Shown here: one piece after another, positions 20,184-31,044 of the stretch
Position numbering within the stretch: position 1 is the first letter of the stretch
Layout: each line of letters begins with the position of its first letter
Virus record (IMG/VR): IMGVR_UViG_3300050821_013430
Location: 124,001-188,000 of that record
Direction: 5' to 3' (one strand)
Length of the DNA: 64,000 bases
Translations under genes and position numbers: made by a program
Notes under the pieces: model-generated
What the model was told of the DNA's origin: nothing
Databases searched by the model: none
Seen by the model: the letters and a program-made list of their open reading frames with translations, nothing else

Positions 20184-21385
20184 TAGGAGGCCTTTCTTGA
20201 TTTTTTGGACTTATCAGTTTCTGTTTCAGCAGTTTCGAGCTTCAATTCCTCAGTAGTAGAAGAAAGTTTTTCTTGTTCAGCCCTTTCTCGATCCCATTTG
20301 GTATCACGGGCTTGAGCAACTTTGGCTACCAACTCTTGGGCCAATTTAGAATCGGCCGCGATGGCTTCACAAAAAGCTGGCATTCCAACCCATTTACGAT
20401 CTTCATAAACATAGGAAACATTACTTGGCTTGCTCACAACATCATAAGCGAGCGCTAATCCTGCAATTTCAGATTCTTGTTCTACAATGCCTTTAGTAAA
20501 TTCAATCTTGAACTCACACTTTCTTGGCCAAATTCCAAATTTAGATTTTTCTATAGTCGCACGGAGTGCTTGACCAATCTTATTCTCTTTTTCATCTACG
20601 ATACGAGAATCCTTCGCATTGATGGCTTCGAAATACACATTGGCACTAAGAAAGTGAGAATAAGTATTACCACCAGAATAGGTATGATCCCCACTGTAAG
20701 GGTCCATATTTGCTTTCTTATGGTTGATGATGATGAAAGGGATACCAGCCTTATTGACTTCTAACGAAACTTTCTTTAGAGTGGTTGCTAAAAACCGGGC
20801 CAGTAATGAAATATTCATCTTACCTACCGCTGAAATATCTTCACCAGGAGGAATAAGTGAGCCCAATGAATCCAAAACTATAATATTGATATTAAGTTCC
20901 TTGGAAGCGATCTTGTCAAACAAGCCTTCCTTAGACTTGCCCTTATAGATATGGGTTTTGGCCTCTTCTTTGGGAACACCTAGGAGCATCTCGAAACATT
21001 TGCGTCCATTGACTGCGGTATCACCATCGACTACAATTACCTTAGAAAGATTGAGGCCGAGCTGACGAGCCCAGGTAGGGCTGAAAGTCTGCTCCGCATC
21101 AATAAATACCTGTTGTGCTGTGGGGTCTAACTTCTGTGCCTCTAACATCGCGATCATAGCCATTAGAGTTTTACCAGAACCAGGCGGGCCATAATATTGG
21201 ATTAGACGTCCGCAAGGCAAACCACCGCTAGAAAGCGCATCGTCCAAGGCCAATGAGCCGGTAGGAATAACTTTTACTTTCTCAGCCAAAACTTCGTGGG
21301 CTCGATGAAAATCTAATTCCTCTTCACTATCTGCGAAGCTCTTGAAAAATGCTTCGAATTTATCATCCTTCTTCTTATCACTCAT
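20183..21385 (-). CDS. recA: RecA recombinase
   Basis: IPTGSLALDDAL..GGLPCGR, Walker A GPPGSGKT, FIDAEQ, VLDS, KSK. Confidence 0.93.
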   Translation of the reverse strand: MSDKKKDDKFEAFFKSFADSEEELDFHRAHEVLAEKVKVIPTGSLALDDALSSGGLPCGRLIQYYGPPGSGKTLMAMIAMLEAQKLDPTAQQVFIDAEQTFSPTWARQLGLNLSKVIVVDGDTAVNGRKCFEMLLGVPKEEAKTHIYKGKSKEGLFDKIASKELNINIIVLDSLGSLIPPGEDISAVGKMNISLLARFLATTLKKVSLEVNKAGIPFIIINHKKANMDPYSGDHTYSGGNTYSHFLSANVYFEAINAKDSRIVDEKENKIGQALRATIEKSKFGIWPRKCEFKIEFTKGIVEQESEIAGLALAYDVVSKPSNVSYVYEDRKWVGMPAFCEAIAADSKLAQELVAKVAQARDTKWDRERAEQEKLSSTTEELKLETAETETDKSKKSRKAS

Positions 21386-21395
21386 ATTCTTTCCT

Positions 21396-21890
21396 TTATT
21401 CCCAACCTGTTTTTTCTTGTGTTAGCGCACTATATCCAAGGATGCCGCGCTTGAACCCTGCGGCAATATCTTTGTAATGATGATGGCTCTTGATCAAAAT
21501 ATCGTATTTCTTTTCAAGAAGAGATTTACTTCCCTTAGCGCGGGCCAAGCGGATAGCTAAGTCTTCTACCTCTGGTGAGGATTCTGCTGCAAATTTTCTC
21601 ATCTCCATTGTAGCACGAGAGCCATCTGGCGCTGTATAGCCTAATGCCACTCGATTTTTGGTAGCATTTACCTGAGACTCTAAATAACTAACCGTTTTGA
21701 TTAGACGCGCCAAATACTCAGAGAGTGTATCTGCTGCGGATAGAGCGCGCTGTTGCTGCAACTCCGCATGAGCCAGGTCGATAGCATCCGTATCTCTTAG
21801 TTTGATGAGAACTAGTTGAATTTCCGTCAGATCAAACTTGAGAAATTCATCTTCTAATTCAGAGCCAATTAGTTGCTCTAATGTGGTCAT
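21396..21890 (-). CDS. Coiled-coil protein, possible UvsY-like recombination mediator
   Basis: Helical 164-aa ORF immediately upstream of recA. Confidence 0.4.
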   Translation of the reverse strand: MTTLEQLIGSELEDEFLKFDLTEIQLVLIKLRDTDAIDLAHAELQQQRALSAADTLSEYLARLIKTVSYLESQVNATKNRVALGYTAPDGSRATMEMRKFAAESSPEVEDLAIRLARAKGSKSLLEKKYDILIKSHHHYKDIAAGFKRGILGYSALTQEKTGWE

Positions 21891-21932
21891 TTAGACTCTC
21901 CGTCTTTGTTCGATGCAAGTAAGATAAATCTA

Positions 21933-22280
21933 CTACTTGAGCTTGTCAAGCGTTTTCAATTCTTCTAACTTTTGATCTAACAACTTAGATTTCTCTTCCA
22001 AGCGGGCGCAGAGATCATCGACCCGACTATGAGATAATCTCAAATTTTGATTGATTAACGTGTTCTGCAAAAACATCAAAATTTCGAAACTGGTATGACG
22101 CATGGTGGGCGGGCGTAAAAATATAATAAGACCTTGTTCATTTGTTTCAAATAATCCAATAAATAGGTCTTCGCCCTTTTGGTACGGCGGAGTCGTGTAG
22201 CGGGCTACTATTTGTTGATAGAGATTCCATTCATCATTCGTAAGATCAATGCGCTTGTTATCAATAATGTGTATCGTCAT
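21933..22280 (-). CDS. Hypothetical protein
   Basis: 115-aa ORF ending in tandem TAG TAG. Confidence 0.55.
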   Translation of the reverse strand: MTIHIIDNKRIDLTNDEWNLYQQIVARYTTPPYQKGEDLFIGLFETNEQGLIIFLRPPTMRHTSFEILMFLQNTLINQNLRLSHSRVDDLCARLEEKSKLLDQKLEELKTLDKLK

Positions 22281-22281
22281 A

Positions 22282-23112
22282 CTATTTTCTTTTTTTGTGT
22301 CTTTTTCTTGTGGATCCGTCTAATATATTTTGCTTGGCATTTAATGGCCTTAGATTTTCGAGAGCCCAACATTTCTTAAATTCTTCCTCTTCTATCGATT
22401 CATAATAAAAATCAGATTGCGGAATAATATGATCAAGACTCCACTTCCAGGTAGTTAGATCATTATCATCCCAGTCTTTTTTCTTATATACTCCCCAATT
22501 TCCCCAGTTCATCCAAGGCTCAAAAAGATCCTCAATATGAGCTCGGAAGTCTTCTATTGAATAAGATAGATATGGGATAAAAGATTTTCCTTCTTTGGAA
22601 GATCCGTTTCGTTTAAGAGTTATTCTGATAAGGGAAGACACATTTGATCTGATTAAAAACCCTATATCATCTCTTCTTTTTATTTTATTATAATCCTTAA
22701 AATATTCTTTTAATTCTTCTTTATGCTCTTCCCTGTATTGTTTTTGGTAAGACTTTATTTTCTCTTCATTATTTTTAGCATAAATCTTTGTCTTTTCTGC
22801 TATTTCTTTTTTATTTTCTTCATAATATATTTTTTGTTTTTCTAATATTTTTTCTTTATTATCTTCATACCTCTTTTTATTTTCTTCTTGTAAATATTCC
22901 TTGTTTTCTTCGTAATATTTTTTACCATATTCTTGTTTTTCTTCCTTGTGTTCTATATAATATCGTTGAAAATATGCTACTTTCTTTTCTTTATTTTTCT
23001 CCCTGTACTCTTTATCATAGTTCGACGCACAATTTTTACATAAATTTGTATTCGTTCGAAATTCTTCTATATTTTTTACAATTTTACAAACTCTGCAAAT
23101 TTTAGTTTCCAT
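22282..23112 (-). CDS. HNH homing endonuclease with charged YxExNKE repeats
   Basis: CRVC/CKNC, YYEENKE repeats, WSLDHIIP...NLRPL...N. Confidence 0.85.
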   Translation of the reverse strand: METKICRVCKIVKNIEEFRTNTNLCKNCASNYDKEYREKNKEKKVAYFQRYYIEHKEEKQEYGKKYYEENKEYLQEENKKRYEDNKEKILEKQKIYYEENKKEIAEKTKIYAKNNEEKIKSYQKQYREEHKEELKEYFKDYNKIKRRDDIGFLIRSNVSSLIRITLKRNGSSKEGKSFIPYLSYSIEDFRAHIEDLFEPWMNWGNWGVYKKKDWDDNDLTTWKWSLDHIIPQSDFYYESIEEEEFKKCWALENLRPLNAKQNILDGSTRKRHKKRK

Positions 23113-23113
23113 A

Positions 23114-23917
23114 CTAACCTCGTCGAACGATTCCGCCCGATCCCTTCCCCTTAGCTTTCTGCATCATCCGTTGTTGGGCCGCTAAATCTTTAGCATTATA
23201 GTCTGTGCTTGCATTAGCGCCACCGGATGAGAAGGCTAAAACTGCAGCAGGAATATCATCTTCATCTTCTCCGCCACCGCCGAAAACCGAGCTGACCTCT
23301 GGGGCCCCTCCGGTAATCATCTGCTCCCATTGTTCAATTTCTTCTGGATCAGCGTGAGCCATCATTTCAGGAGTGATATTCATCTGCCCACCATCAGCAT
23401 TACTACCAACAGAACCTCCCTTCTTGATTTGTTTGACGATATCTTTCAGATGTTGGTTGCGATTCATAATCTTATCGGCTTCGGCATTCTTGAAGAATTT
23501 GCTAGTTTGAGCCTGATCTTGAATAGCGGGGCCTTGAATTTGATTTCCCTCTGCATTCACTGCCACCTCACCTTCTTGTAAGGGGGTGGGCTGAGTATCA
23601 TCTTTGGTAATAACCTTAGGCACTCGGGCTGCGGCCAACTTCTTAGCCCGTTCTTCTACCTGAGCTTCAACTTGAGCGGAGGCTTCTTTCAATTTGTCAT
23701 CTAATTCAACACTAGTTAGCAAACCGAAATTAGATTTGAGCCAATCGAAAATTTCGACAGGATAGGTATCAACTACTGTCATTGCTTCTCGAAGATTATT
23801 GAGAGCATCTTTCAATTCCTCATCAATAATCTCTTGTCCGCAAAATGGACAAGCGTTGGTAGAAAGGGCATAAGCAAATTTCGAACTAACTTCTTCCTGG
23901 CAACTTTTACACTTCAT
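23114..23917 (-). CDS. Hypothetical protein with N-terminal Zn ribbon
   Basis: CKSC...CPFCG. Confidence 0.6.
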   Translation of the reverse strand: MKCKSCQEEVSSKFAYALSTNACPFCGQEIIDEELKDALNNLREAMTVVDTYPVEIFDWLKSNFGLLTSVELDDKLKEASAQVEAQVEERAKKLAAARVPKVITKDDTQPTPLQEGEVAVNAEGNQIQGPAIQDQAQTSKFFKNAEADKIMNRNQHLKDIVKQIKKGGSVGSNADGGQMNITPEMMAHADPEEIEQWEQMITGGAPEVSSVFGGGGEDEDDIPAAVLAFSSGGANASTDYNAKDLAAQQRMMQKAKGKGSGGIVRRG

Positions 23918-24885
23918 TAGCGTTTCCTTGATAATTTCTTGGGAGTTTTCTTAGCGGCTTTTTTCTTTTTGACCGTAGATTTAGGCTTACTAACTTTCTT
24001 GGGTTTCTTAGTCTTAGGTAATTTGGGATTTGGATTGTCAATAGCTTCGAAAATTTTCGCGTCAATAGCCATTTGTTCGGTAAATTCCTGCGTTCTTCGT
24101 CGTACATTGATTCTATCCGCGGCGTGTTCTGGTTCGCTCATTTCATCGAGCATTTTCTCAAACTTTATTGAGGCCAGTGTAAATGGCTTACCATCATCGG
24201 TAATTGTAAGATCTGCTTCTGGTTTGATATCAGTTAGAATTTGCTGGGGTGGGGTCTGCCAATATTTTTTCCGATCCTCTTCTATCTTTTCCATTTCAAT
24301 AGCAGTTGGTTGAACGCGCTTGATTCTCCCTACTTGACTTGTCGTTTTCATCAATTCAGTAAGTTGATGAGGTCGCATCAAATAACGAACTGCCCAATCA
24401 GGCAGTTTTTTCTCGGCTATTATTGAAAGCATTTCGTCTGCTGCTGATGGGAATGAGGTAAAAGTTTCTGGTTTTGGCGCCATCCAAACTCCTATACGCA
24501 TCATAGTATCAATCACACCAACAAACGGTTTGGTGCAAAACAATAGCGATGGTACCAGCCACCCCTTGAATCGGGAAAGAAAAGTATTGCTATACAAATT
24601 ACTCAGTTTCAATTCTTCGGGCGAATAATAACCCCCAATAATTGATGCCGGTTTTCTTCCTTTATTTTGAGCGCTATGATAGACTCCACCAAAAAATGGA
24701 ATATATGTTGCAAACAACAATTTCTGAACACTGACACTTGGATTGAAACCAGCAACAATGACTGCCCAACGCATTAGTGTTTCAACCACACTTACTAATG
24801 GCTGAATAAGGAGGACTAGCATCCAAATAATATACTGCTGAATAATTTTAGATACTCGCTTGAAAAATTGTCTAATTACTTTCAT
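23917..24885 (-). CDS. Hypothetical protein with hydrophobic N-terminal repeat and Lys-rich (histone H1-like) tail
   Basis: Internal repeat (QPLVSVVETLMR / KPFVGVIDTMMR); tail PKTKKPKKVSKPK... Confidence 0.55.
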   Translation of the reverse strand: MKVIRQFFKRVSKIIQQYIIWMLVLLIQPLVSVVETLMRWAVIVAGFNPSVSVQKLLFATYIPFFGGVYHSAQNKGRKPASIIGGYYSPEELKLSNLYSNTFLSRFKGWLVPSLLFCTKPFVGVIDTMMRIGVWMAPKPETFTSFPSAADEMLSIIAEKKLPDWAVRYLMRPHQLTELMKTTSQVGRIKRVQPTAIEMEKIEEDRKKYWQTPPQQILTDIKPEADLTITDDGKPFTLASIKFEKMLDEMSEPEHAADRINVRRRTQEFTEQMAIDAKIFEAIDNPNPKLPKTKKPKKVSKPKSTVKKKKAAKKTPKKLSRKR

Positions 24886-25169
24886 TATTTTGCTTTCACC
24901 AAATGATAGTTGCTGAGAATATATCCGGAGAAATCTTCTCCTGTAATCTCCGAATTTTGCAGTTGAGAAACTTTCCGTAGAAAATCCGCGATGACTTCCG
25001 GATCGTTATGAAACTGCTCTTGCTTTTCCTGTACCATAATAGTACCGGAAGCGGTTTGATGCACCGAGGATACCGAGGGGTGTTTTTCTAATTCCCCAGA
25101 ATGGAACCATCGGTATGCGGTAGGCATAGAGATGTTATGTTTCTTGGCAAAATCGGCGAGCTTCATCAA
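24885..25169 (-). CDS. MerR-type HTH protein resembling the N-terminus of IS607 TnpA, without the serine-recombinase domain
   Basis: MKLADFAKKHNISMPTAYRWFHSGEL...QTASGTIMV. Confidence 0.6.
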   Translation of the reverse strand: MMKLADFAKKHNISMPTAYRWFHSGELEKHPSVSSVHQTASGTIMVQEKQEQFHNDPEVIADFLRKVSQLQNSEITGEDFSGYILSNYHLVKAK

Positions 25170-25199
25170 CTATTATCTTTCATTATCGCCTATGAACCG

Positions 25200-26411
25200 T
25201 TATCGGTATTTAGCCGATGACTTCTTGCGTCTACGATCCGTCTTGCCCTTAGCCTTTTGCTTAGGGGTAGAGGACGATATCTCGGCAAGCGCTTCGGGCA
25301 GTTCCTGCCCTGTATTTGACCTAATAAGGCCAAACTTCTTGATGTTGATGGCCGCATTGACATCGCGGTCGTGCTGTGTATGGCATTCCTGACAAGTCCA
25401 AGAACGGACATCCAAGGTCAGGTTTGGGTTTTTCCATCCGCAGCAAGAGCATAACTTGCTGCTTGGATCGAACCGACCGATCTTGATCAGGTTTTTGCCA
25501 TACCACTCAGCCTTGTAGGTTAGGAGACGAACAAACTCTCCCCAACTGACATCGCTGATGTTTTGGGCGAGACAATGGTTTCTCAGCATTCCCGCTACAT
25601 TCAAGTCTTCCAAGATGATCGTTTGGTTCTCACGAATCAGTTTGGTCGAGAGTTTGTGTAGGAAGTCAGAACGCTGGTTTGAGATTGTCTCATACAGTCT
25701 TGCTACTTTGAGATTGGCCTTTCTTCGGTTGTTGGAGCCTTTGACCTTGCGGCTGGCTCGGCGTTGTAAAACATTGAGGCGGTCTAAGAGTTTAGATAGG
25801 AAACGAGGATTTGGTACTTTGGTGCCATCCGAAAGGATGGCAAAGTGAGTAAGCCCGAGGTCAATACCGATGGCACCGTCTAAGATGATGGGAACCTTAG
25901 ACGGTAAGGTTTGGTCATTATCGACCAAGATAGAGATGAAGAACTTCCCTGTGGGCGTTTTCGATACCGTGCAGGTTTTGATCTTGCCATCGAACTTTCG
26001 GTCAAAAACGCAGAAAACCTCTCCGACTTTGGGAAGTTTGACTTTGCTACGCTTGAAATCAACTGAAACTTTCTGTGGATATTGAATTGATCCGCGACCG
26101 TTCTTCTTCTTGAATGTTGGAAACTTACTTTGCTTACGAAAAAAGCGTGTAAAGGCATTATCCAAATTACGTAATGCCATTTGTAATGATTGAGCATTTG
26201 GAACCATCAACCATTCATTAGTTTTCTTTTCTTCGAGTAAGAAGCCATTAGCTAAACAAAAATAACTAAGCGTTTCCCCCGTTTGCTCATAACATTTGAT
26301 CTTAATTTCCAATCCTTTATTATAAATATAGCGCACGCATCCCATCGCCTGGACGAAGTGGTGCTTTTGGGCATCGGAAGGATAGATACGATATTTATAG
26401 GCTTTGAGCAT
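25200..26411 (-). mobile_element. tnpB: TnpB RNA-guided endonuclease (IS200/IS605/IS607 family)
   Basis: KAYKYRIYP N-terminus; RuvC I GIDLG, RuvC II ILEDL, Zn finger CSCC/CQEC, RuvC III DRDVNAA, all intact. Confidence 0.95.
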
Positions 26412-26461
26412 AGTCTATATTTATATCAGACTATGCCCAGATCTCAAAATTATATCGCGGT

Positions 26462-29400
26462 CTAATCATCTTCGTCGTTCAGATCTAATAATCCTTCTTC
26501 GTATAACTCATCCTCAATCTGATCGAATAGCTCTTGAGCTGAGGCCTTTTTTACATCAATCTTTTCTTTTGCACTTTTGAGACTAACTTTTTTAGCTTTT
26601 AGATCAGACGGACGTTGGGGTGGTGGCTGATACAAATAAATACCATCCAACACTAAACCAATTTCATCTTCATACACATTGACGCTACCGCCAAAATGAA
26701 CGGCCCCACCAACCTCAAACTCAAATTTAGAATTGTAAAAATCCTTTATTTGCTGCTGAACCTTTTCCCATCCGTCTGGAAAGATCGTCAGACCACATTG
26801 ATCTCCCTTGACGTCTTGTAAAATTGCCTTGATCATTGCTTTACCAAAATACTTGCTAGTTTCTTTTTTTACTCTAAACTCAAAAATATCTTGAATTACC
26901 CCCTTGAATGACTTGAAACGACTACGATCTTGCATTTTTCGTATTTGTTCAATACTGGTAGATAATTGTTGATCCTTGAAAAAAGCACCATAAGCCTCCT
27001 TATAGCCACAACAAAACGCATCACCCAAATAATATTGCTCTAAAGCATATAGATCCGGAGCAGACCACTCAGGCTCCTTAGGCCATGGATAGATAAATTT
27101 TTCTTTTTCAGGATCATGAGTTTTGAGCCATACTTGTAGTTTCTTCCGATAATCAGAACAATAGAAGAAAATAGAACGACGAGTCAAATCAAAATCATCT
27201 AGACATCCTGCGGCCGCTAATGCTTGAATGGCGTTAGCTCTTACATTCTTGGAAGAAATCCTTACCATAAAATCGAAGAAATCCTTGAATGGGCGCTTCT
27301 CAATAATATCCCGAATAGCATCTTCACCGACAAATTTTAGAGCATCCAAACCAGTGATAAGCCTATTCTCAATCAATGTATAGCTAAGTTGTGATTGATT
27401 AAGATTAGGGGGGATAATTTTGACTTTATGCTTCCTAATCTCTTTCTTGATTTGGGCAATATTACCTTTGGCATCCGGAGTATTAGAATTTATTTCAGCC
27501 ATCAAATTGGCCAGCAAAAATTCGATTGGATAATGGGCTTTTAGATAAGCAGTTTGGAAACTGATCATAGAATAGAGGACGGAGTGGCTAAGATTGAATC
27601 CATAACCTCCGAACTTATCTACAACTTCATCCCAAATTCTTTTAGCAATTTCTTCATTGACTCCTTGTGCTACTGCATCATTGATGAACTCCGTTCTCCA
27701 TTGTTGCACCTTCTTAGGATTTTTGCCCTTGTCCTTGGTCAATTTTCGGAGGCGGTCAGCAGAATGCAAGCTCCATCCAGCAACATCTTGCGCCAGATAC
27801 ATTAATGATTCTTCATATAGACCGAATCCGAAAGTACCTCCGAAAGCCCGTTGCAAATTTGGATGCAAAAGAGCGACCGCCTTCTTTCCTTCCTTGGCAG
27901 CAACGAAAGCGCTTCTGATTTCTCTGGCTGAGGGACGGGCCAGAGCGTTGATATGGCTAATGTCTTCGATGGATTTGGGCTTGATCTTTTTGCATAAATC
28001 AATCGTGCCTGAGGAAGTGCCTAACTGAAATACGCAGAAAGTATCGCCGGAAGAAATCAAATCATAAGTGGCTTGATCTTCCATACCATAATCAAACGGC
28101 TCGGGAGGTAATGCCTTACCGGATTGTTTGATGAGTTGTAAGGTAGTGTTCATAATATCTAGCGTGGATAAACCTAAAATATCCATTTTGACCAAACCAT
28201 TTTCTTCTGCCTTTTCCTTATCATATTCTAAGGCTAAGGTGCCATCCTTATCTTTCCGAAGTGGAATAAGGCCGGTCAATGGTCGCTTAGAAATGACAAT
28301 GCCACCGGCGTGAGTACTCCATGCCCGATATTTACCGTTGATAGCCATATACTGTCTTAGAGCGGTATATCGTTTAGCATACTCATCAAATAATGGAGCT
28401 TTTTCCAAAGCAGACTCAACGGTAGTAATTTCCTTAGGAATAGAATCCGCAATATCATTACCAATTTGGACTGCTTCTTCTCTATCTCCACCAAATTCGC
28501 AAGCTCTTGCGATATCTCTAGCATACACCTTGGGCGTGATGGTATTGACGTTGGAAACGTGAGCCACGTGTTCCTCGCCATATTTTTGGCGAAGATATTC
28601 TTGAATTTTTTCTCGTCCTGACGGAGCAATATCCTGGTCAATGTCCGGGAAGGCTGACTTTTCCTTGTTATGAAACCTGGCAAAAATCAAACCATACTTG
28701 ATCGGATCGGCCTGGTGAATATTGAGTAGATACGCGATAAGTGAGCCACCAACACTACCTCTTCCTGGTCCTACCAATATGTTGTTGCGCCGAGCCCAAC
28801 TGATGTAATCCGCCACAATCAGCATATAACTAGAAAAACCGTGAAACTCCAATACGTCTAGCTCTTCTAATACACGCTCACGATACTGAGGAAATTTTTC
28901 TTCGGCTACCTTGCCAACTATTCTCTCCTCAAAACTTCTTTCACACTTGAATCGAAGATATGTCTTATCTTCATCTAAGACCTGTAATTCTTGCGTTTGC
29001 TTGTTTTTCCACTCTATAAATTCTGAATAATCGGATTCATTCTTCACTGGGAAAATTGGCAATTCTTTTCCGGTTGGATTAGAAAACTTAGGGTCTATCC
29101 ATTGAGGATCCTCACAACGATTGGCAAAGAATAATGTATTGGAACATAATTCTTCTGCTAACTCACCATAATTACGCTCAAAAAATGATTTGACTTCCTC
29201 GCCTGTTTTTAGATAAAACTCTGGGCATTCATATTTCAATCTGAAATTAGAATACACCGGTTGGTGAGAACCTACCGCCAATAAAACATCATGAGTTTCC
29301 GCTTCTTCTTTTTTGCAATAATGCACATTGGCCGTGGCCACGGCACGAACATTATATTTCTTACTCAATTTGATTAGCTGAGCATTGACAAAAACTTGTT

Positions 29401-30001
29401 CGATTGATTCACTATAAGGGGTGGCAGGACGGTGCAGAGTATTAGCCTGCACTTCTAAACCCAAATCATCGCCAAAAATATTTTTCAGTTTCAACAACTG
29501 AGTTTCGGCTTGCTCAAAATTCTTGTTCATCACCAATTGTGCAATGATGCCATTACTACAAGAAGTAAGACAAATCAAACCTTCCGAATGTTTTTCTAAT
29601 AATTTCCAATCAATTAGCGGATAAACTCGCTTGGTAAAAACGGCTCGATGATCAAAGCCCTTCTTATTTAGAGTGAGTAGATTAGAATAGCCAGCTGCAT
29701 TTTTGGCAAGTAAGATGATATGACGAAATTTTACATCCTCAATTTGAGATACATCGTCAACAAAATACATTTCGCAACCAGCAATCAATTTGACACCAGA
29801 TTCCTTGGAAGCTTTGAGTGCGTCCCAGACGGATGCCATTGATCCATGTTCAGTGATGGCCAATGCTGTCTGACCTAACTCCTTTGCTCGCTGAAATAAC
29901 TCTTTGGGGGTGGCAAGGGCGTCGAGAAGTGAAAAATGCGTGTGTGCGTGTAAATGAACGAAATTAGTCATGATAGTTTCCTTTTGTGCTATTAGCATCA
30001 A
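26462..30001 (-). CDS. dnaE: DNA polymerase III alpha subunit
   Basis: PHP domain HLHAHTHFSLLD, GPGRGS, FPDIDQD, KMDILGL, YGFNLSHS, C-terminal OB fold. True start is probably MTNFVH. Confidence 0.97.
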   Translation of the reverse strand: MMLIAQKETIMTNFVHLHAHTHFSLLDALATPKELFQRAKELGQTALAITEHGSMASVWDALKASKESGVKLIAGCEMYFVDDVSQIEDVKFRHIILLAKNAAGYSNLLTLNKKGFDHRAVFTKRVYPLIDWKLLEKHSEGLICLTSCSNGIIAQLVMNKNFEQAETQLLKLKNIFGDDLGLEVQANTLHRPATPYSESIEQVFVNAQLIKLSKKYNVRAVATANVHYCKKEEAETHDVLLAVGSHQPVYSNFRLKYECPEFYLKTGEEVKSFFERNYGELAEELCSNTLFFANRCEDPQWIDPKFSNPTGKELPIFPVKNESDYSEFIEWKNKQTQELQVLDEDKTYLRFKCERSFEERIVGKVAEEKFPQYRERVLEELDVLEFHGFSSYMLIVADYISWARRNNILVGPGRGSVGGSLIAYLLNIHQADPIKYGLIFARFHNKEKSAFPDIDQDIAPSGREKIQEYLRQKYGEEHVAHVSNVNTITPKVYARDIARACEFGGDREEAVQIGNDIADSIPKEITTVESALEKAPLFDEYAKRYTALRQYMAINGKYRAWSTHAGGIVISKRPLTGLIPLRKDKDGTLALEYDKEKAEENGLVKMDILGLSTLDIMNTTLQLIKQSGKALPPEPFDYGMEDQATYDLISSGDTFCVFQLGTSSGTIDLCKKIKPKSIEDISHINALARPSAREIRSAFVAAKEGKKAVALLHPNLQRAFGGTFGFGLYEESLMYLAQDVAGWSLHSADRLRKLTKDKGKNPKKVQQWRTEFINDAVAQGVNEEIAKRIWDEVVDKFGGYGFNLSHSVLYSMISFQTAYLKAHYPIEFLLANLMAEINSNTPDAKGNIAQIKKEIRKHKVKIIPPNLNQSQLSYTLIENRLITGLDALKFVGEDAIRDIIEKRPFKDFFDFMVRISSKNVRANAIQALAAAGCLDDFDLTRRSIFFYCSDYRKKLQVWLKTHDPEKEKFIYPWPKEPEWSAPDLYALEQYYLGDAFCCGYKEAYGAFFKDQQLSTSIEQIRKMQDRSRFKSFKGVIQDIFEFRVKKETSKYFGKAMIKAILQDVKGDQCGLTIFPDGWEKVQQQIKDFYNSKFEFEVGGAVHFGGSVNVYEDEIGLVLDGIYLYQPPPQRPSDLKAKKVSLKSAKEKIDVKKASAQELFDQIEDELYEEGLLDLNDEDD

Positions 30002-30073
30002 AATAGAGCCGGTCGGTTTGACTGAGCAAATTCAACTTGTGAATTTGGGTCTGTTTGTGCTAGGGAGCAACGG

Positions 30074-30745
30074 TTAGATTAAATTGAAAATGTGTCTTAG
30101 ATCGCGATCCTTAAAATGTGATTGAGGGTCATATATCTTGCCAAGAACGCGAAATCGTTCTTTCCAAAATGATTTATTAGGGGATTTTCTTGTAAGCAAA
30201 TTTTTTAGGTCATCAAAGGATAATTTATGTTTGTCATAAAGAGCGTGAGCAACCAAAGTAATATCTTGCCAATAAGTTTCCACGGTTTGGGCCGTTTGTT
30301 TCAATAACTTTTGCTTATAGGTATATCGTTTTTGTCCAGGAGGAGCTAAATTGTATTCTTTGATCAAATCAGTAGAAGTATCCATATCTGAAAATGATCC
30401 TTCTTTTAGAACCATTGGTAATGCGTCGCCACCACAAATATGGCGATAAAGATTTTTCTCCGCCACTGAACCAGCATAATTGAGGACAACCTCACCTTTT
30501 ACTAAGAAAGAGATAACATCACTATCCTTGATGGTAAAACCTCTATCGTCGGTAAATCCTACGATATCATAATGAGTGAATCCTTCACCACGTCCTTCCT
30601 CAGTACGAAAGATTTCAACCGGATCAATTTTGATAAAATTGAGAAGTCCAATAATAGTATGTCCGGCTTCGTGCTGGGCAGCGAAGATCATCTCGAATTC
30701 GAGGGATAGCTTTTGTATGTCGATTCGATCGCTGGACTGAACCAT
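30074..30745 (-). CDS. Peptidase M41-like (FtsH protease domain-like) zincin
   Basis: AQHEAGH, AGSVAE, GSFSD; no AAA domain. Confidence 0.65.
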   Translation of the reverse strand: MVQSSDRIDIQKLSLEFEMIFAAQHEAGHTIIGLLNFIKIDPVEIFRTEEGRGEGFTHYDIVGFTDDRGFTIKDSDVISFLVKGEVVLNYAGSVAEKNLYRHICGGDALPMVLKEGSFSDMDTSTDLIKEYNLAPPGQKRYTYKQKLLKQTAQTVETYWQDITLVAHALYDKHKLSFDDLKNLLTRKSPNKSFWKERFRVLGKIYDPQSHFKDRDLRHIFNLI

Positions 30746-30749
30746 TTCA

Positions 30750-31037
30750 CTATCCCATTTGCGTTAGTAATTCCTCGAACTTGCTGAGGTGATTTTGACA
30801 ATCATCGGTCTTACATTTTGCTTGCAAAGTATTACTGCCAAACATCCCTGTCGCTACTAACCCGGCGTTTTCTATATAGAAAATTCCGGAATTAGTGAAA
30901 TGCTTACTTTCTTGAAAACCATTACTCACAAAGTATGGCAAAAAAGTCTTAGACAGTGGTGCCCCTAACCTGAAAGCAATGGACAGTTTGCCACAAACGG
31001 CACAATTTGTTTTATTAATGAACTTTTCAATTTTCAC
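30750..31037 (-). CDS. Hypothetical protein
   Basis: 95-aa ORF with Cys pairs. Confidence 0.5.
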   Translation of the reverse strand: MKIEKFINKTNCAVCGKLSIAFRLGAPLSKTFLPYFVSNGFQESKHFTNSGIFYIENAGLVATGMFGSNTLQAKCKTDDCQNHLSKFEELLTQMG

Positions 31038-31044
31038 AATAAAA

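Noticed and set aside
21927-21935. Third TAG-ATT context
   Set aside because: It is a tandem TAG TAG stop after Lys, with no Ser codon and no evident gated structure.
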